Shown here: piece after piece, positions 7,192 through 17,468 of the stretch
How the letters are laid out: every line of letters starts with the position of its first letter
Position numbering within the stretch: the first letter of the stretch is position 1
Assembly (NCBI GenBank): GCA_039810425.1
Contig: JBDHWW010000036.1
Location: 1 to 32,073 of the forward strand
DNA: 32,073 nucleotides
Source: Pseudobdellovibrionaceae bacterium
Lineage (GTDB): Bacteria > Bdellovibrionota > Bdellovibrionia > Bdellovibrionales > Bdellovibrionaceae
Direction: 5' to 3'
Made by a program: the position numbers and the translations under genes
The notes under the pieces: generated by a model
Told to the model about the DNA's origin: nothing
The model's input: the letters and a program-made list of their open reading frames with translations, nothing else
Databases searched by the model: none

Positions 7192-7863
7192 ATGCAAATC
7201 ATGGCCGTTCTTTTCAGCGCATTCCTCTTGTTGCCGCCAGTTTTCGCGGCCCCGACTATTGTCTCGCAATCCGTGGGGCAAGTGGGGGACCGTATCGTCA
7301 CCAGCCGTGAGGTCCAGATAGCCGCGGTTCTTGATCGTATTTTATTCCCCTCCAAAGATAAAATAACGGGCGGGGCGTGGGAAGTCCGCCTTGGGGATCC
7401 GGGGATGATGAACGAAGTGACGGCGGTTTTACTTGAGGTCGTCGTTTACAAAGAGGCTGAAACCTTCTTTGTCGCGAAGGTGACTGACGATCAATTGCAG
7501 CAAGCGCTGCACAAGGTTGAAAAAGTGGTCGAAGGTAAAAGCTACTGGCAAAGTCTCGAAGTCACGCCGGCGGAGCTGAAGCGATTTGTTCTGCAAAAGT
7601 TGACGGCTAAAGCTTTCATCCAATTTAAAACAAGCACGATGGTCGGCATTGTCAGCGACTCTGAGGCGCTTGCCTATTATGAAAAAAACCGCTTGAAGTT
7701 TGGCGATGTGCCGTTTGCAACCTTCAAAGACACCATTAAAAATGTTTTGGCCCAGCAGCAACTCGAGGAAAGGACCCGAACTTGGTTTGAGCTGACAAAA
7801 CGTAAGTACAAAGTCCGCAACATTCTCGCGGAAAATATCAGCAACAAGGCGGGACCCAAGTGA
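7192..7863 (+). CDS. Exported hypothetical protein, SurA N-terminal-like chaperone fold possible
   Basis: Signal peptide; VGQVGDRIVTSREV resembles the SurA N-terminus; EALAYYEKN and KRKYKVR resemble foldase helices; no PPIase domain seen. Confidence 0.6.
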   Translation: MQIMAVLFSAFLLLPPVFAAPTIVSQSVGQVGDRIVTSREVQIAAVLDRILFPSKDKITGGAWEVRLGDPGMMNEVTAVLLEVVVYKEAETFFVAKVTDDQLQQALHKVEKVVEGKSYWQSLEVTPAELKRFVLQKLTAKAFIQFKTSTMVGIVSDSEALAYYEKNRLKFGDVPFATFKDTIKNVLAQQQLEERTRTWFELTKRKYKVRNILAENISNKAGPK

Positions 7864-8303
7864 GTTTTAAAATGCGGAAACTCGTCGGCGGGGACGAAGA
7901 CCGCGTGCTACAACTTGTGGCCGATCTTTACCGGGCCCAGCCGCACCTCGTAGGTTTTCAATGGCCTGCGGAAACCTTACGGGCTGAGTTTCGCTCCACC
8001 GACGGCTGGGGGATGTTCCAAGGAACCCGGCTGGTGGGTTTTGTTTTATACCGAACGACCCCGGTCGCCTGGGAAATTTCGGTCGTGGCCAGTCACCCAG
8101 AGTTCTGGAGGCAGGGCTTGACGCGAAGCCTCATTGGTCATGTGATCGTGACTAGGCCACCTGAGCGGGAATTGTGGCTGGAGGTTCACGAAGAGAATAC
8201 GCGGGCTTGGCGGCTTTATGAATCCCTGGGGTTTCAGAAGACGGGTGTGCGCCCAAATTACTACCCAAACAACGGCACTGCTTGGTTGTACACCTTGAGA
8301 TAA
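7860..8303 (+). CDS. GNAT acetyltransferase (RimI-like)
   Basis: HPEFWRQGL acetyl-CoA motif; WLEVHEENTRAWRLYESLGF...RPNYY. Confidence 0.85.
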   Translation: MSFKMRKLVGGDEDRVLQLVADLYRAQPHLVGFQWPAETLRAEFRSTDGWGMFQGTRLVGFVLYRTTPVAWEISVVASHPEFWRQGLTRSLIGHVIVTRPPERELWLEVHEENTRAWRLYESLGFQKTGVRPNYYPNNGTAWLYTLR

Positions 8304-8307
8304 ACCC

Positions 8308-8336
8308 TTGCATCGTTTAGTCTTTTTTGCTAGTTT
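8308..8336 (+). promoter_or_regulatory. Sigma70-type promoter of the rimP-nusA-infB operon
   Basis: TTGCAT-N17-TAGTTT. Confidence 0.55.
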
Positions 8337-8343
8337 CACACTC

Positions 8344-8370
8344 GAACGGGCCTTGAAGGGCCCGTTTTTT
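8344..8370 (+). terminator. rimP leader hairpin / attenuator-like terminator
   Basis: AACGGGCC-ttgaag-GGCCCGTT followed by a T tract, just after the predicted start site; resembles the widespread rimP-leader hairpin. Confidence 0.65.
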
Positions 8371-8456
8371 ATTTCGGCGGACGCCGAGGAGGCTCCGGGC
8401 TTCCTGCTCGAAGCTGAATTGAAAATCAGTAATTGCAACTAGGAAATCAAAACTTA

Positions 8457-9011
8457 ATGACCGATTCAAATCCATCTTGGATGGCAAAAGTAGAAGAAAT
8501 AGCGCAAGAAGTGACTTCGCGTGAAGGCTGCATTTTGTATGATATCGAATTTGTCGGTATCGGAAAGGGTCGTACACTCCGGTTGTACATCGATAAAGAA
8601 ACTCCGGCAGCGGCGGCGGCCGCGGAAGAAGGCCATGGGGTTAGCATCGACGATTGCGCCAATGTCTCTCGAGCCCTGAACGATATTTTGGATGCTCAAG
8701 AAGACCTCATTCCTGGCGAGGCTTACAACCTCGAAGTTTCAAGCCCAGGCGCGGATCGTATCTTGCGCAGGCAATGGCATTTCGAAAAAGCCGTTGGCAA
8801 AAAGATCTGGGTGAAAGTGGACAAAGCCCTTGAAAGCTTTGGCGTTAATGTCAAAGGGATGAAGAACGCAAAACAGATTGAAGAAGTATTAAAAGCATTT
8901 GACGGCGAGACTCTGAAATTCCAAATCAAAGACGAGGAAATAAATATTCCATACTCTGCCGTGGAAAAATCCAAAGTGCTTTTTGTTTTAACTAAGGGAC
9001 AAAAAAAATAA
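8457..9011 (+). CDS. rimP: Ribosome maturation factor RimP
   Basis: LRLYIDK, SIDDCANVSR, YNLEVSSPG; position before nusA. Confidence 0.95.
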   Translation: MTDSNPSWMAKVEEIAQEVTSREGCILYDIEFVGIGKGRTLRLYIDKETPAAAAAAEEGHGVSIDDCANVSRALNDILDAQEDLIPGEAYNLEVSSPGADRILRRQWHFEKAVGKKIWVKVDKALESFGVNVKGMKNAKQIEEVLKAFDGETLKFQIKDEEINIPYSAVEKSKVLFVLTKGQKK

Positions 9012-9030
9012 CTTAGAAGAGGTGAAGTCA

Positions 9031-10422
9031 ATGGCTGACAACATGTTTACAGATCTCAGTCGGGTAATCGAACAAGTCGGTAAAGACAAAGGCATCGACA
9101 AGCAGGTCGTGGTCGAAGCGATCACTCAAGGGATGCTTGTTGCTGCCCGTAAAAAATACGGCACTTACCGCGAGATCGAAGCCACCTACAACGAAGACAC
9201 GGGTGAAGTGGAGTTGTTCCAGTTCAAAGAAGTGGTTCCTCGTGAAAAATACATCGACGAAGAAGTTGAAATCCCAATGGATGAAGCTTTGAAGCTCGAT
9301 CCCCAAGCGCAAGAAGGCGATTCTATCGGTATCAAAATGGATGCCGGGGAACTCGGCCGTATTGCGGCGCAAACTGCAAAACAAATCATCATGCAAAAAG
9401 TGCGTGATGCGGAACGCTCCATCATCTTCAATGAGTTTGAAGAAAGAAAAGGCGAAATCGCCTCCGGGATCGCACGCCGCGTGGAAAAAGGCGCTATCGT
9501 TGTCGACTTGGGTCGCACGGAAGCTTATATCCCACCACGTGAGCAAATCCCTGGTGAGTCTTACAAGCCGGGCGACCGCATCCAAGGTTACTTGTCAGAA
9601 GTTCGTCAAACCACTCGTGGTCCGCAAATCATCATGTCTCGCGCGGATGAACGCTATTTGATGAAACTTTTCGAAATGGAAGTTCCAGAAATCTATGACG
9701 GTGTGGTTGAGATCATGAGTGCCGCTCGTGAACCAGGACAGCGTGCGAAAATCGCCGTCCGCTCTAAAGACAACTCGGTAGACCCGGTCGGGGCCTGTGT
9801 GGGCATGAAGGGTTCTCGCGTACAAAATATCGTGCAGGAACTGCGTGGCGAGAAAATCGACATCGTTCCTTGGGATGAAGACGTCACCCGTTTTGCCTGC
9901 AACGCTTTGGCACCGGCTGAGATTTCACGCGTGTTTGTTGATGAAGCAAACAAAGAGATGGAAGTTGTTGTCCCGGACAGTCAATTAAGTTTGGCGATCG
10001 GTAAACGTGGACAAAATGTGCGTTTAGCTGCAAAATTGACCACTTGGAAATTAGATATCATCTCTGAGTCCGCGGCTTCGAACCGTACTGCTGAGTCCAT
10101 CTTCAATTTGATGTTGTTGCCAGGCATGAATCAAACCATGGCCCAAAACATCTTCCAATCTGGCTTCGGTTCATTCCAATCCGTAGCGAATGCGGCGGTT
10201 GAAGAGATCATGACGATTCCTGGTTACGACGATCCGGAGCGCGCGGAAAAATTGATCAATGAAGCTAAAAATTTGATTGCAAAGTACGAGAAGGAAGGAA
10301 CGCCAATCCCGACAGCTCCGGTAGCCGCGAAAGAAACCAAGGCTTCTGGATCTGCAAAAGAGCAGGCTGATGCACGATTGAAAGAAGAGCTTTCAAAACT
10401 GCAAGCTGGCGACAACGAATAG
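9031..10422 (+). CDS. nusA: Transcription termination factor NusA
   Basis: GRIAAQTAKQ, AREPGQRAKIAV, DPVGACVGMKGSRV, LAIGKRGQNVRLA. Confidence 0.98.
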   Translation: MADNMFTDLSRVIEQVGKDKGIDKQVVVEAITQGMLVAARKKYGTYREIEATYNEDTGEVELFQFKEVVPREKYIDEEVEIPMDEALKLDPQAQEGDSIGIKMDAGELGRIAAQTAKQIIMQKVRDAERSIIFNEFEERKGEIASGIARRVEKGAIVVDLGRTEAYIPPREQIPGESYKPGDRIQGYLSEVRQTTRGPQIIMSRADERYLMKLFEMEVPEIYDGVVEIMSAAREPGQRAKIAVRSKDNSVDPVGACVGMKGSRVQNIVQELRGEKIDIVPWDEDVTRFACNALAPAEISRVFVDEANKEMEVVVPDSQLSLAIGKRGQNVRLAAKLTTWKLDIISESAASNRTAESIFNLMLLPGMNQTMAQNIFQSGFGSFQSVANAAVEEIMTIPGYDDPERAEKLINEAKNLIAKYEKEGTPIPTAPVAAKETKASGSAKEQADARLKEELSKLQAGDNE

Positions 10423-10514
10423 CGCGCCGGCGGATGCCGAAATGGCGCGACCCGGGATGGAGCGTGCTGGACTGAGCCTTTTGTTTTTTTGAGAGTAAAT
10501 AAGTAGGAGAATAC

Positions 10515-13388
10515 GTGAGTAATCCAAAAGTTTTTGAATTTGCCAAAGAAATCGGGCTGACGCCCTTGGCCTTGATGGATAAGATCCGCGAGTGGCAGAT
10601 CCCCGTGAAAAGCCACATGTCGGAGCTTGAACCAGAAGTTCTTGAGCAAATTAAAATTAAACTCGCCGGCGGTGGCAGAGCCACTGAAGAGGTGAAGCCT
10701 AAAAAAGCGACGACTCGCAAGGCTCCTGCGAAGAAAGTGGCGGCACCGGCAGCAGAAGCTGCCTCGGCAACGGCCGCCCCTGCGAAATCAACTGTCGTTC
10801 GTCGTAAGGCCACGAAGGAAGCTGAAGAAGCAGAACTCAAAGCAAAAGAAGAGGCCGCAGCAGCGGAAGAAGCGGCGAAAGCGGCGACTAAAGTTGTTCG
10901 TAAAAAAGCAGCGGCTCCAGTTGAAGAAGTTGAAGAGGCGGTAGCCGCTCCGGCGCCTGAGGCTCCAGTTGCGGTTGTCGCGAAAAAGTCTGAGCCGTCC
11001 CAGGAACCGACAGTCGCGGCTCCAATAGAAGAGACTCCAACTCCGGCGGCGCCAGTTCCCGCTGCGGGCGTTGCGCGTAAAAAAGAAGTGACGGTGGGTA
11101 GCAGTGGCGTGGCGAGCGCCGCAACGGCGGCGCCAAGTATTGGCCGTAAAAACATCATCGGCCGCATGGATCTTTCACGCGTAGCTCAACAGGCGCAGCA
11201 AAGGCCCCAAGGTGATCGTCCAGGTGGCGACCGTCCAGGCGGTGGCTTCAATCGCGGTCCTGCTGGCGTTGGCGGCGGCGGTGGTTTCGGTGGGGCACCC
11301 CGTCCTGGCCAAAACCGTAACATCCGGGCGGGCTTCATTGCTCAAGCGGCCCCTGAGATCCCAACAGAGGATCAAGACAGCCGCCATGGTCGTTTCGATG
11401 ACAAGAAGAAAACGAGATTCGCTCCGGCGGCTCCAGCCGCAGGCCCTGCCGCAGCCGGGCCTTCCGCAAAAGAGCGTGAGCAAGAAGAACAAATGGCGAA
11501 TTTCAACGCCGTTGAGTTCCGTAAACGTGAAATGGTGTTTCAACCTAAAAAGAAAAAGGGAATGTTGGATCGCGCGGGTATGAAGACTCAGATCACAACG
11601 CCAAAAGCTCTGAAGCGCCTCCTCAAGGTGAATAACACTATGAAGTTGAGCGACATGGCGATGGAAATGGGTGTAAAAGCCCCTCAATTGATCAAAGTAC
11701 TCATGACAAACGGTGTGATGGCGAACATGAACACCGCCTTGGATTTCGATACGATCGCGTTGATCGTTCCGGAGTTTGGTTGGGAAGCGCAAAACGTATT
11801 TAAAACGGCGGATGAAGTTGCAAAGGAAATGGCATTCGGTAATTTGGAAGCCACGACCGTGACTCGCCCTCCGGTAGTAACAATTATGGGTCACGTGGAC
11901 CATGGTAAGACAAGCTTGCTCGATGCGATTCGTAAGGCGAACGTTGCGGCAGGTGAGGCCGGCGGTATCACTCAGCACATCGGTGCTTATAATGTGACTC
12001 TCGAAGACGGCGCGAAAATCACGTTCTTGGATACTCCAGGCCACGAAGCCTTTACGGCGATGCGTGCGCGCGGTGCCAACGCAACGGATATCGCGGTGAT
12101 CGTGGTTGCCGCAGATGACGGTATGATGCCACAAACAGCCGAGGCGATTAATCACGCCAAAGCAGCCGGTGTTCCTATCATCGTGGCGGTGAACAAGATC
12201 GATAAGCCGGGGGCAAATCCTGAAAAAATTAAGCAACAACTGACAGAGCTTGAAATCGTTCCTGAAGAGTGGGGCGGTACGACGATCTTCGTGGAAGTTT
12301 CTGCTTTGAAAAAGACGGGTATCAAAGAATTGCTGGAGAATATCCACTTGGTTGCCGAGCTTCAAGACTTGAAAGCAAACCCTGAGCGTTCTGGGACGGG
12401 CCTTGTGATCGAAGCCAAAATGGAAAAAGGCAAAGGCAATGTTGCCACGATCCTTGTGAAGGACGGAACTGTGAAAGTGGGTCAGTACATTGTCGCGGGC
12501 TTCCAAAAGGGCCGCGTGCGCTCACTGACGAATGACCGTGGCGAGCGCGTTCAAGAAGCAGGGCCTGGTGAACCCGTGGAGGTTCTTGGTCTGGAAGGAA
12601 CACCTGCCGCCGGGGACCGTTTCGATATCGTTGCGGATGAAGACACGGCCGTGGAGGTTTCTGAGTTGCGCCGTGATCAAGCGAAGAAGGCCGAAGTCAC
12701 ACCGGCTGCGAAGATGTCTCTAGAAGACATCTTCGCTAAGGTTACAAGAGGTGACGTGAAAGAGCTCGCCATCGTATTGAAAGCGGATGTTCATGGTTCT
12801 CTGGAGGCTATCAATGGCATGATCGCTAAACTTTCAACCGCGGAAGTTAAGACCCGAGTGATCCACTCTGCAGTCGGTGGTGTGAGCGAATCTGACGTGT
12901 TGTTGGCCAATACGGCGAAAGGGATTATCATCGGTTTCAACGTACGCCCTGATGGCGGCGCTCAAGCAGCGGCGAAGCGTATGGGTGTTGATATCCGTAC
13001 TTATTCGATCGTTTACGAATTGGTGGACGATCTGAAGAAAGCCATGTCGGGTCTTTTGACTCCGGATATTGTTGAGAAAGTGATGGGCCGCGCGGAAGTT
13101 CGTAATACATTCACTGTTCCTAAAGTGGGCACGATTGCCGGTTGCTTCGTCGTGGACGGTAAAGTCCAAAGATCGAACATGGCTCGCCTTGTCCGTGATG
13201 GTAAGATCGTTTACGAAGGAAAAATTTCTTCGCTTAAACGCTTCAAAGATGACGCCAAAGAAGTGGCAACGGGCTTTGAGTGCGGTATCGGCATCGAGAA
13301 CTTCAATGATGTTAAAGTCGGTGACAGTATCGAGGCCTTCGTTAAAGAAGAAGTTGCTCGCGAGTTGACTTACGAGGCCAACGTATAA
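10515..13388 (+). CDS. infB: Translation initiation factor IF-2
   Basis: [35 protein letters not shown]; long A/E/K-rich N-terminal region. Confidence 0.99.
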   Translation: MSNPKVFEFAKEIGLTPLALMDKIREWQIPVKSHMSELEPEVLEQIKIKLAGGGRATEEVKPKKATTRKAPAKKVAAPAAEAASATAAPAKSTVVRRKATKEAEEAELKAKEEAAAAEEAAKAATKVVRKKAAAPVEEVEEAVAAPAPEAPVAVVAKKSEPSQEPTVAAPIEETPTPAAPVPAAGVARKKEVTVGSSGVASAATAAPSIGRKNIIGRMDLSRVAQQAQQRPQGDRPGGDRPGGGFNRGPAGVGGGGGFGGAPRPGQNRNIRAGFIAQAAPEIPTEDQDSRHGRFDDKKKTRFAPAAPAAGPAAAGPSAKEREQEEQMANFNAVEFRKREMVFQPKKKKGMLDRAGMKTQITTPKALKRLLKVNNTMKLSDMAMEMGVKAPQLIKVLMTNGVMANMNTALDFDTIALIVPEFGWEAQNVFKTADEVAKEMAFGNLEATTVTRPPVVTIMGHVDHGKTSLLDAIRKANVAAGEAGGITQHIGAYNVTLEDGAKITFLDTPGHEAFTAMRARGANATDIAVIVVAADDGMMPQTAEAINHAKAAGVPIIVAVNKIDKPGANPEKIKQQLTELEIVPEEWGGTTIFVEVSALKKTGIKELLENIHLVAELQDLKANPERSGTGLVIEAKMEKGKGNVATILVKDGTVKVGQYIVAGFQKGRVRSLTNDRGERVQEAGPGEPVEVLGLEGTPAAGDRFDIVADEDTAVEVSELRRDQAKKAEVTPAAKMSLEDIFAKVTRGDVKELAIVLKADVHGSLEAINGMIAKLSTAEVKTRVIHSAVGGVSESDVLLANTAKGIIIGFNVRPDGGAQAAAKRMGVDIRTYSIVYELVDDLKKAMSGLLTPDIVEKVMGRAEVRNTFTVPKVGTIAGCFVVDGKVQRSNMARLVRDGKIVYEGKISSLKRFKDDAKEVATGFECGIGIENFNDVKVGDSIEAFVKEEVARELTYEANV

Positions 13389-13819
13389 TGAAGAATACGG
13401 GTGACGGACGCAGAGTGGCTCGAGTCGAGCGCGAGGTTCAGCAGAGCGTCGCCCAGTTTTTGATTTCCGGGTTTAAACTCCCACTTCCGGGAATCGTGAC
13501 CGTCGCCCGCGTGAGAATGCCGGGTGATCTGCGCACAGCAAAAGTTTATATCAGTATTCTTGGTGATCCGAAGCTTCTGGATGAGGCGGTGGATTTGCTT
13601 CAGGATCGCGCGTTTGAAATCCAAAATTATCTCGGTAAAGAACTCAAAATGCGCTATTGTCCAAAGCTCACGTTCTATCCTGATCACGAGACTGAGGAGA
13701 TTCTGAAGGTTGAAAAGATCCTTCAGGATCTCGATAAAGAGCGCAAATCAAAGGCGGGTATTGCGCGGCCGACGGCCGCAGAATCCACAGACACAGACGA
13801 TTCTAGCGAAGAAGGCTAA
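13388..13819 (+). CDS. rbfA: 30S ribosome-binding factor RbfA
   Basis: DLRTAKVYIS, LKMRYCPKLTFYPD; follows infB. Confidence 0.95.
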   Translation: MKNTGDGRRVARVEREVQQSVAQFLISGFKLPLPGIVTVARVRMPGDLRTAKVYISILGDPKLLDEAVDLLQDRAFEIQNYLGKELKMRYCPKLTFYPDHETEEILKVEKILQDLDKERKSKAGIARPTAAESTDTDDSSEEG

Positions 13820-14731
13820 GTGAGCACATTTCATGGGTTAGTACTGGTCAGAAAACCCTCTGGGGTGACAAGCCATGATGTGGTTTCGCGTCTGCGGCGG
13901 ATCTTGGGAACAAAATCCGTAGGTCATGCCGGAACTTTAGACCCCTTAGCCGAGGGGTTGATGGTGGCTCTCGTCGGCGAGGCCACGAAACTCAGCCAGT
14001 ACATTCTCGAGGGCGACAAAGCCTACCAATTGAGAGCACGTCTTGGTGTTGAAACTGATACGCTCGATATTACTGGCCAGACCCTGAAAACGGCTCCGGT
14101 GAATGTGTCGTTGGAGCAAGTTCGTGATGTCGGCCTTTCTCTTGCCGGTGAGATGAGTTTAAAAGTGCCGATTTATTCAGCTATCAAGATTCAGGGGCAA
14201 AAACTATACGATTATGCCCGTAATGAGCAGGCGGTTGAAGTTCCTCACAAAGACATGAAATTCTGGAATCTCGAGTTCCTGGGGTTTGACGGAGTGGAGG
14301 CGGAGTTCCGCTTCCATTGTTCTAAGGGGACCTATGTCCGTTCGTGGATTGATCTTTTGGGGAGGAAGTTGGGTTGTGGAGCGACAATGAGTGCGCTGAC
14401 CCGGTTCTGGTCGGATCCTTATGCTTTAGAACAATCCATCACTTTGGAAGACCTCGAGACCCAATTGCAAGCCGGCCGGGAAGTGGCGGCCATGGTACCG
14501 ATGGAGCGGGCTTTGGCAGGGGTCAAACGCGTGCGAATCAAAGGCTATGATCAGACGCTGTTGAGTAACGGTCAAATCAGCCATGAACTCCGTTCTTTCC
14601 TAATTACGATGTTTGACTCTCAAAAGGACGATATTATTCAGGTTTTATCCCTGGCCTCAGGGAAACTTTTAGCTCTTGTAGGTATCGAAAAAGACCGGGG
14701 ATTTGTGATAAAAAGGGTGATTAAGTATTGA
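13820..14731 (+). CDS. truB: tRNA pseudouridine(55) synthase TruB
   Basis: KPSGVTSHDVV, GHAGTLDPLAEG, CSKGTYVRS. Confidence 0.97.
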   Translation: MSTFHGLVLVRKPSGVTSHDVVSRLRRILGTKSVGHAGTLDPLAEGLMVALVGEATKLSQYILEGDKAYQLRARLGVETDTLDITGQTLKTAPVNVSLEQVRDVGLSLAGEMSLKVPIYSAIKIQGQKLYDYARNEQAVEVPHKDMKFWNLEFLGFDGVEAEFRFHCSKGTYVRSWIDLLGRKLGCGATMSALTRFWSDPYALEQSITLEDLETQLQAGREVAAMVPMERALAGVKRVRIKGYDQTLLSNGQISHELRSFLITMFDSQKDDIIQVLSLASGKLLALVGIEKDRGFVIKRVIKY

Positions 14732-14890
14732 CCCTTTCCCCAGTTCATGGGAGAACCTAGCCTTCGAAATCACACTCGCCGGGCGACAGCCATGACGCTC
14801 GATTGCTGGTGAGCAAGGCCCTCAGGGGACTTGCTATTTAAACAAGAACAAGGACGCACGTCGGCCTTGTTACTATAAAAGGAGACTTTA

Positions 14891-15160
14891 ATGGCAGTCG
14901 CAAAAGAAACAAAAGCGCAAATTGTTAAGAAGTTCAAACGTGCAGACTTGGATACAGGTTCTTCTGAAATCCAAATCGCTCTTTTGACAGCGAAAATCAA
15001 CGAATTGACAGCTCACTTTGAAATCCATAAAAAAGATCACCACGGGCGCCGTGGTTTGGTGACTGCGGTAAATCAAAGAAGAAAACTGTTGGATTACCTC
15101 CGTCGTACTGATGTTAAAAAGTACGAAACGGTGTTGAAACAACTCGATATCCGTAAGTAG
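14891..15160 (+). CDS. rpsO: 30S ribosomal protein S15
   Basis: DTGSSEIQIALLT, HKKDHHGRRGL; AAGGAG RBS. Confidence 0.98.
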   Translation: MAVAKETKAQIVKKFKRADLDTGSSEIQIALLTAKINELTAHFEIHKKDHHGRRGLVTAVNQRRKLLDYLRRTDVKKYETVLKQLDIRK

Positions 15161-15167
15161 TCGGATC

Positions 15168-15200
15168 GAAAAAAGGCTCGGGAAACCCGGGCCTTTTTTT
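15168..15200 (+). terminator. Intrinsic terminator after rpsO
   Basis: AAAAAAAGGCTCGG-gaaac-CCGGGCCTTTTTTT. Confidence 0.9.
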
Positions 15201-15374
15201 ATTTCGAGCCCGCGGTCCAGGCCCGAAGGGCGGCGAAGCCCACGCGCAGGGTCGGAGACCCCGAGCTGGACTTATCCAAAAATAAAAGACAAAATACGCT
15301 TAGCAAAAAGAACAATGGCCACAACGGCCCATCCCACCAAAAAGAAAAAAGTGGGAGTATAAAAAGGAGAATCA

Positions 15375-17468
15375 ATGAAAACGACTGTTACTACTTCGGT
15401 GGGCGGAAAACAGATTACCATCGAAACAGGCCGTTTGGCGAAACAAGCTGATGGAGCTGCTCTTGTTACATGCGGTAACAACATGGTCCTTGTCACAGCT
15501 GTTTCCAGCAAGAAACAATCCACTCTCGACTTCTTCCCGTTGACTGTGGAATACATCGAGAAGTTCTACGCGACCGGAAAAATTCCTGGTGGCTACTTCA
15601 AACGTGAAGGTAAACCAACAAATGATGCGGTCTTGACCGCGCGTTTGATCGACCGTCCAATCCGTCCGCTCTTTCCAGAAGGCTACAGATTCGAGACTCA
15701 AGTAGTTGGTACTGTGCTTTCCGCTGACGGCGCATTCCCGATCGAAATTTTGGCGAGCTTAGGCGCCTCTGCAGCTTTACATGTATCAAACATTCCATTC
15801 GGTGGCCCAACTGCGGCGATCCAAGTGGGGCGTGTTGATGGGGAGCTCATCGCCAATCCGACACCTCAGCAGATGGAAAAATCGGATATGAACATCGTTG
15901 TTGCGGGAACTCGCAATGGCCTGTTGATGGTGGAAGGGGAAACGAAATTCATTTCTGAAGCGGACGCTTTGGCGGCTTTGAAGTTCGGTCATCAATCCAT
16001 GATGCCACTTTTGAATGCGCAGGATGAATTGCGTGAAAAAATGGGCTCTCCGGCTAAACGTGAATTCACGGCTCCGCAAATTGATCCTGAATTCCGGATG
16101 AAGGCGGAGGAGATGTTGAAAGATCAAATCGCGAAAGCTTTGACGATCAAAGAAAAGCAAGATCGTTATGCAGCTGGCGATAAAGCTCATGCAGAAGCAA
16201 AGGAAGCTTTGCTTGCAACAATCACCGACAAAGACTTGCTGACAACTCGCTCAAAAGAGTTGGCGTCTATCGTGGAGGATTTGAAGTACAAATCAGCCCG
16301 CAGCATGATCTTAGACAAAGCGGTTCGCATTGATGGCCGTGATGTGAAGACCGTTCGCCCGATCACAAACGAAGTGGCATTGTTGCCACGAGCTCACGGT
16401 TCTGGCCTTTTCACCCGTGGTGAAACCCAGTGTTTGGCGACAGTCACTTTGGGGACTGCTGATGACGAACAAATGATCGATGCATTGCTCGGTACTGAAA
16501 AGCGTCGTTTTATGCTTCACTACAATTTCCCTCCGTATTCAGTTGGTGAAACCGGCCGTTTCGGTGGCCAAGGCCGCCGCGAAATTGGTCACGGAAACCT
16601 GGCTGAGCGTGCGTTGAAGGCGGTTCTTCCGGATCACGAGAAATTCCCATATACAATCCGTGTAGTTTCTGAAGTTTTGGAGTCTAACGGCTCCAGCTCG
16701 ATGGGTTCCGTTTGTGCGGGGACTATGGCGCTTCTGGATGCCGGCGTTCAGATCAAAGGTAACGTGGCAGGTATCGCAATGGGCTTGATCAAAGAAGGTG
16801 ATCGCGTAGCCGTTTTGACGGACATCTTGGGTGATGAAGATCACTTGGGAGACATGGACTTCAAAGTAGCTGGCACCGCAACCGGGATCACGGCTCTACA
16901 AATGGATATCAAAATTGACTCTGTCTCGTTTGCAGTGATGGAACAAGCTTTGGCGCAGGCTAAAGATGGCCGCGTTCACATTCTGGGCGAAATGGAAAAA
17001 GTGATGAAGCTTGCGCGTGGTCAGATCTCTGAGTTTGCTCCGCGTATCGAAACAATCAAAATTAAGCCAGATAAGATCCGTGAGGTGATCGGTACTGGTG
17101 GTAAAGTGATTCGTGGAATCACTGAAGCAACAGGTGTTAAGATTGAAATCCAGGACGACGGTACTATCAACATCGCGTCTGCGGATCCAGAAGCCACTAA
17201 AGCAGCTATCAAAATGATCAACGAGATCGTTGCGGAAGCCGAGGTAGGCAAGGCTTATAAAGGCCGTGTTGTTAAAATTGCTGAATTCGGGGCGTTTGTT
17301 GAAATCCTTCCGAATACGCAAGGGCTCTTGCACATCTCTGAAATCGCCAACGAAAGAATTCGCAGCGTAACAGATGTGTTGAAAGAGGGCGACATGATAG
17401 ACGTGAAAGTTCTTGAGGTAGACCGTGCGGGTCGCATCAAGCTTTCTCGTAGGGCATTGTTGAATTAA
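15375..17468 (+). CDS. pnp: Polyribonucleotide nucleotidyltransferase
   Basis: RLIDRPIRPLF, RREIGHGNLAERA, DHLGDMDFKVAG; KH and S1 domains. Confidence 0.99.
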   Translation: MKTTVTTSVGGKQITIETGRLAKQADGAALVTCGNNMVLVTAVSSKKQSTLDFFPLTVEYIEKFYATGKIPGGYFKREGKPTNDAVLTARLIDRPIRPLFPEGYRFETQVVGTVLSADGAFPIEILASLGASAALHVSNIPFGGPTAAIQVGRVDGELIANPTPQQMEKSDMNIVVAGTRNGLLMVEGETKFISEADALAALKFGHQSMMPLLNAQDELREKMGSPAKREFTAPQIDPEFRMKAEEMLKDQIAKALTIKEKQDRYAAGDKAHAEAKEALLATITDKDLLTTRSKELASIVEDLKYKSARSMILDKAVRIDGRDVKTVRPITNEVALLPRAHGSGLFTRGETQCLATVTLGTADDEQMIDALLGTEKRRFMLHYNFPPYSVGETGRFGGQGRREIGHGNLAERALKAVLPDHEKFPYTIRVVSEVLESNGSSSMGSVCAGTMALLDAGVQIKGNVAGIAMGLIKEGDRVAVLTDILGDEDHLGDMDFKVAGTATGITALQMDIKIDSVSFAVMEQALAQAKDGRVHILGEMEKVMKLARGQISEFAPRIETIKIKPDKIREVIGTGGKVIRGITEATGVKIEIQDDGTINIASADPEATKAAIKMINEIVAEAEVGKAYKGRVVKIAEFGAFVEILPNTQGLLHISEIANERIRSVTDVLKEGDMIDVKVLEVDRAGRIKLSRRALLN

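Noticed and set aside
11211..11246. Short tandem repeat in infB (GDRPG twice) and poly-Ala run in rimP
   Set aside because: Ordinary low-complexity linker sequence within coding regions
11175..12506. Long antisense ORFs over infB (also over nusA, GT2, mutL and rel)
   Set aside because: Shadows of codon bias in well-identified genes; no recognisable motifs
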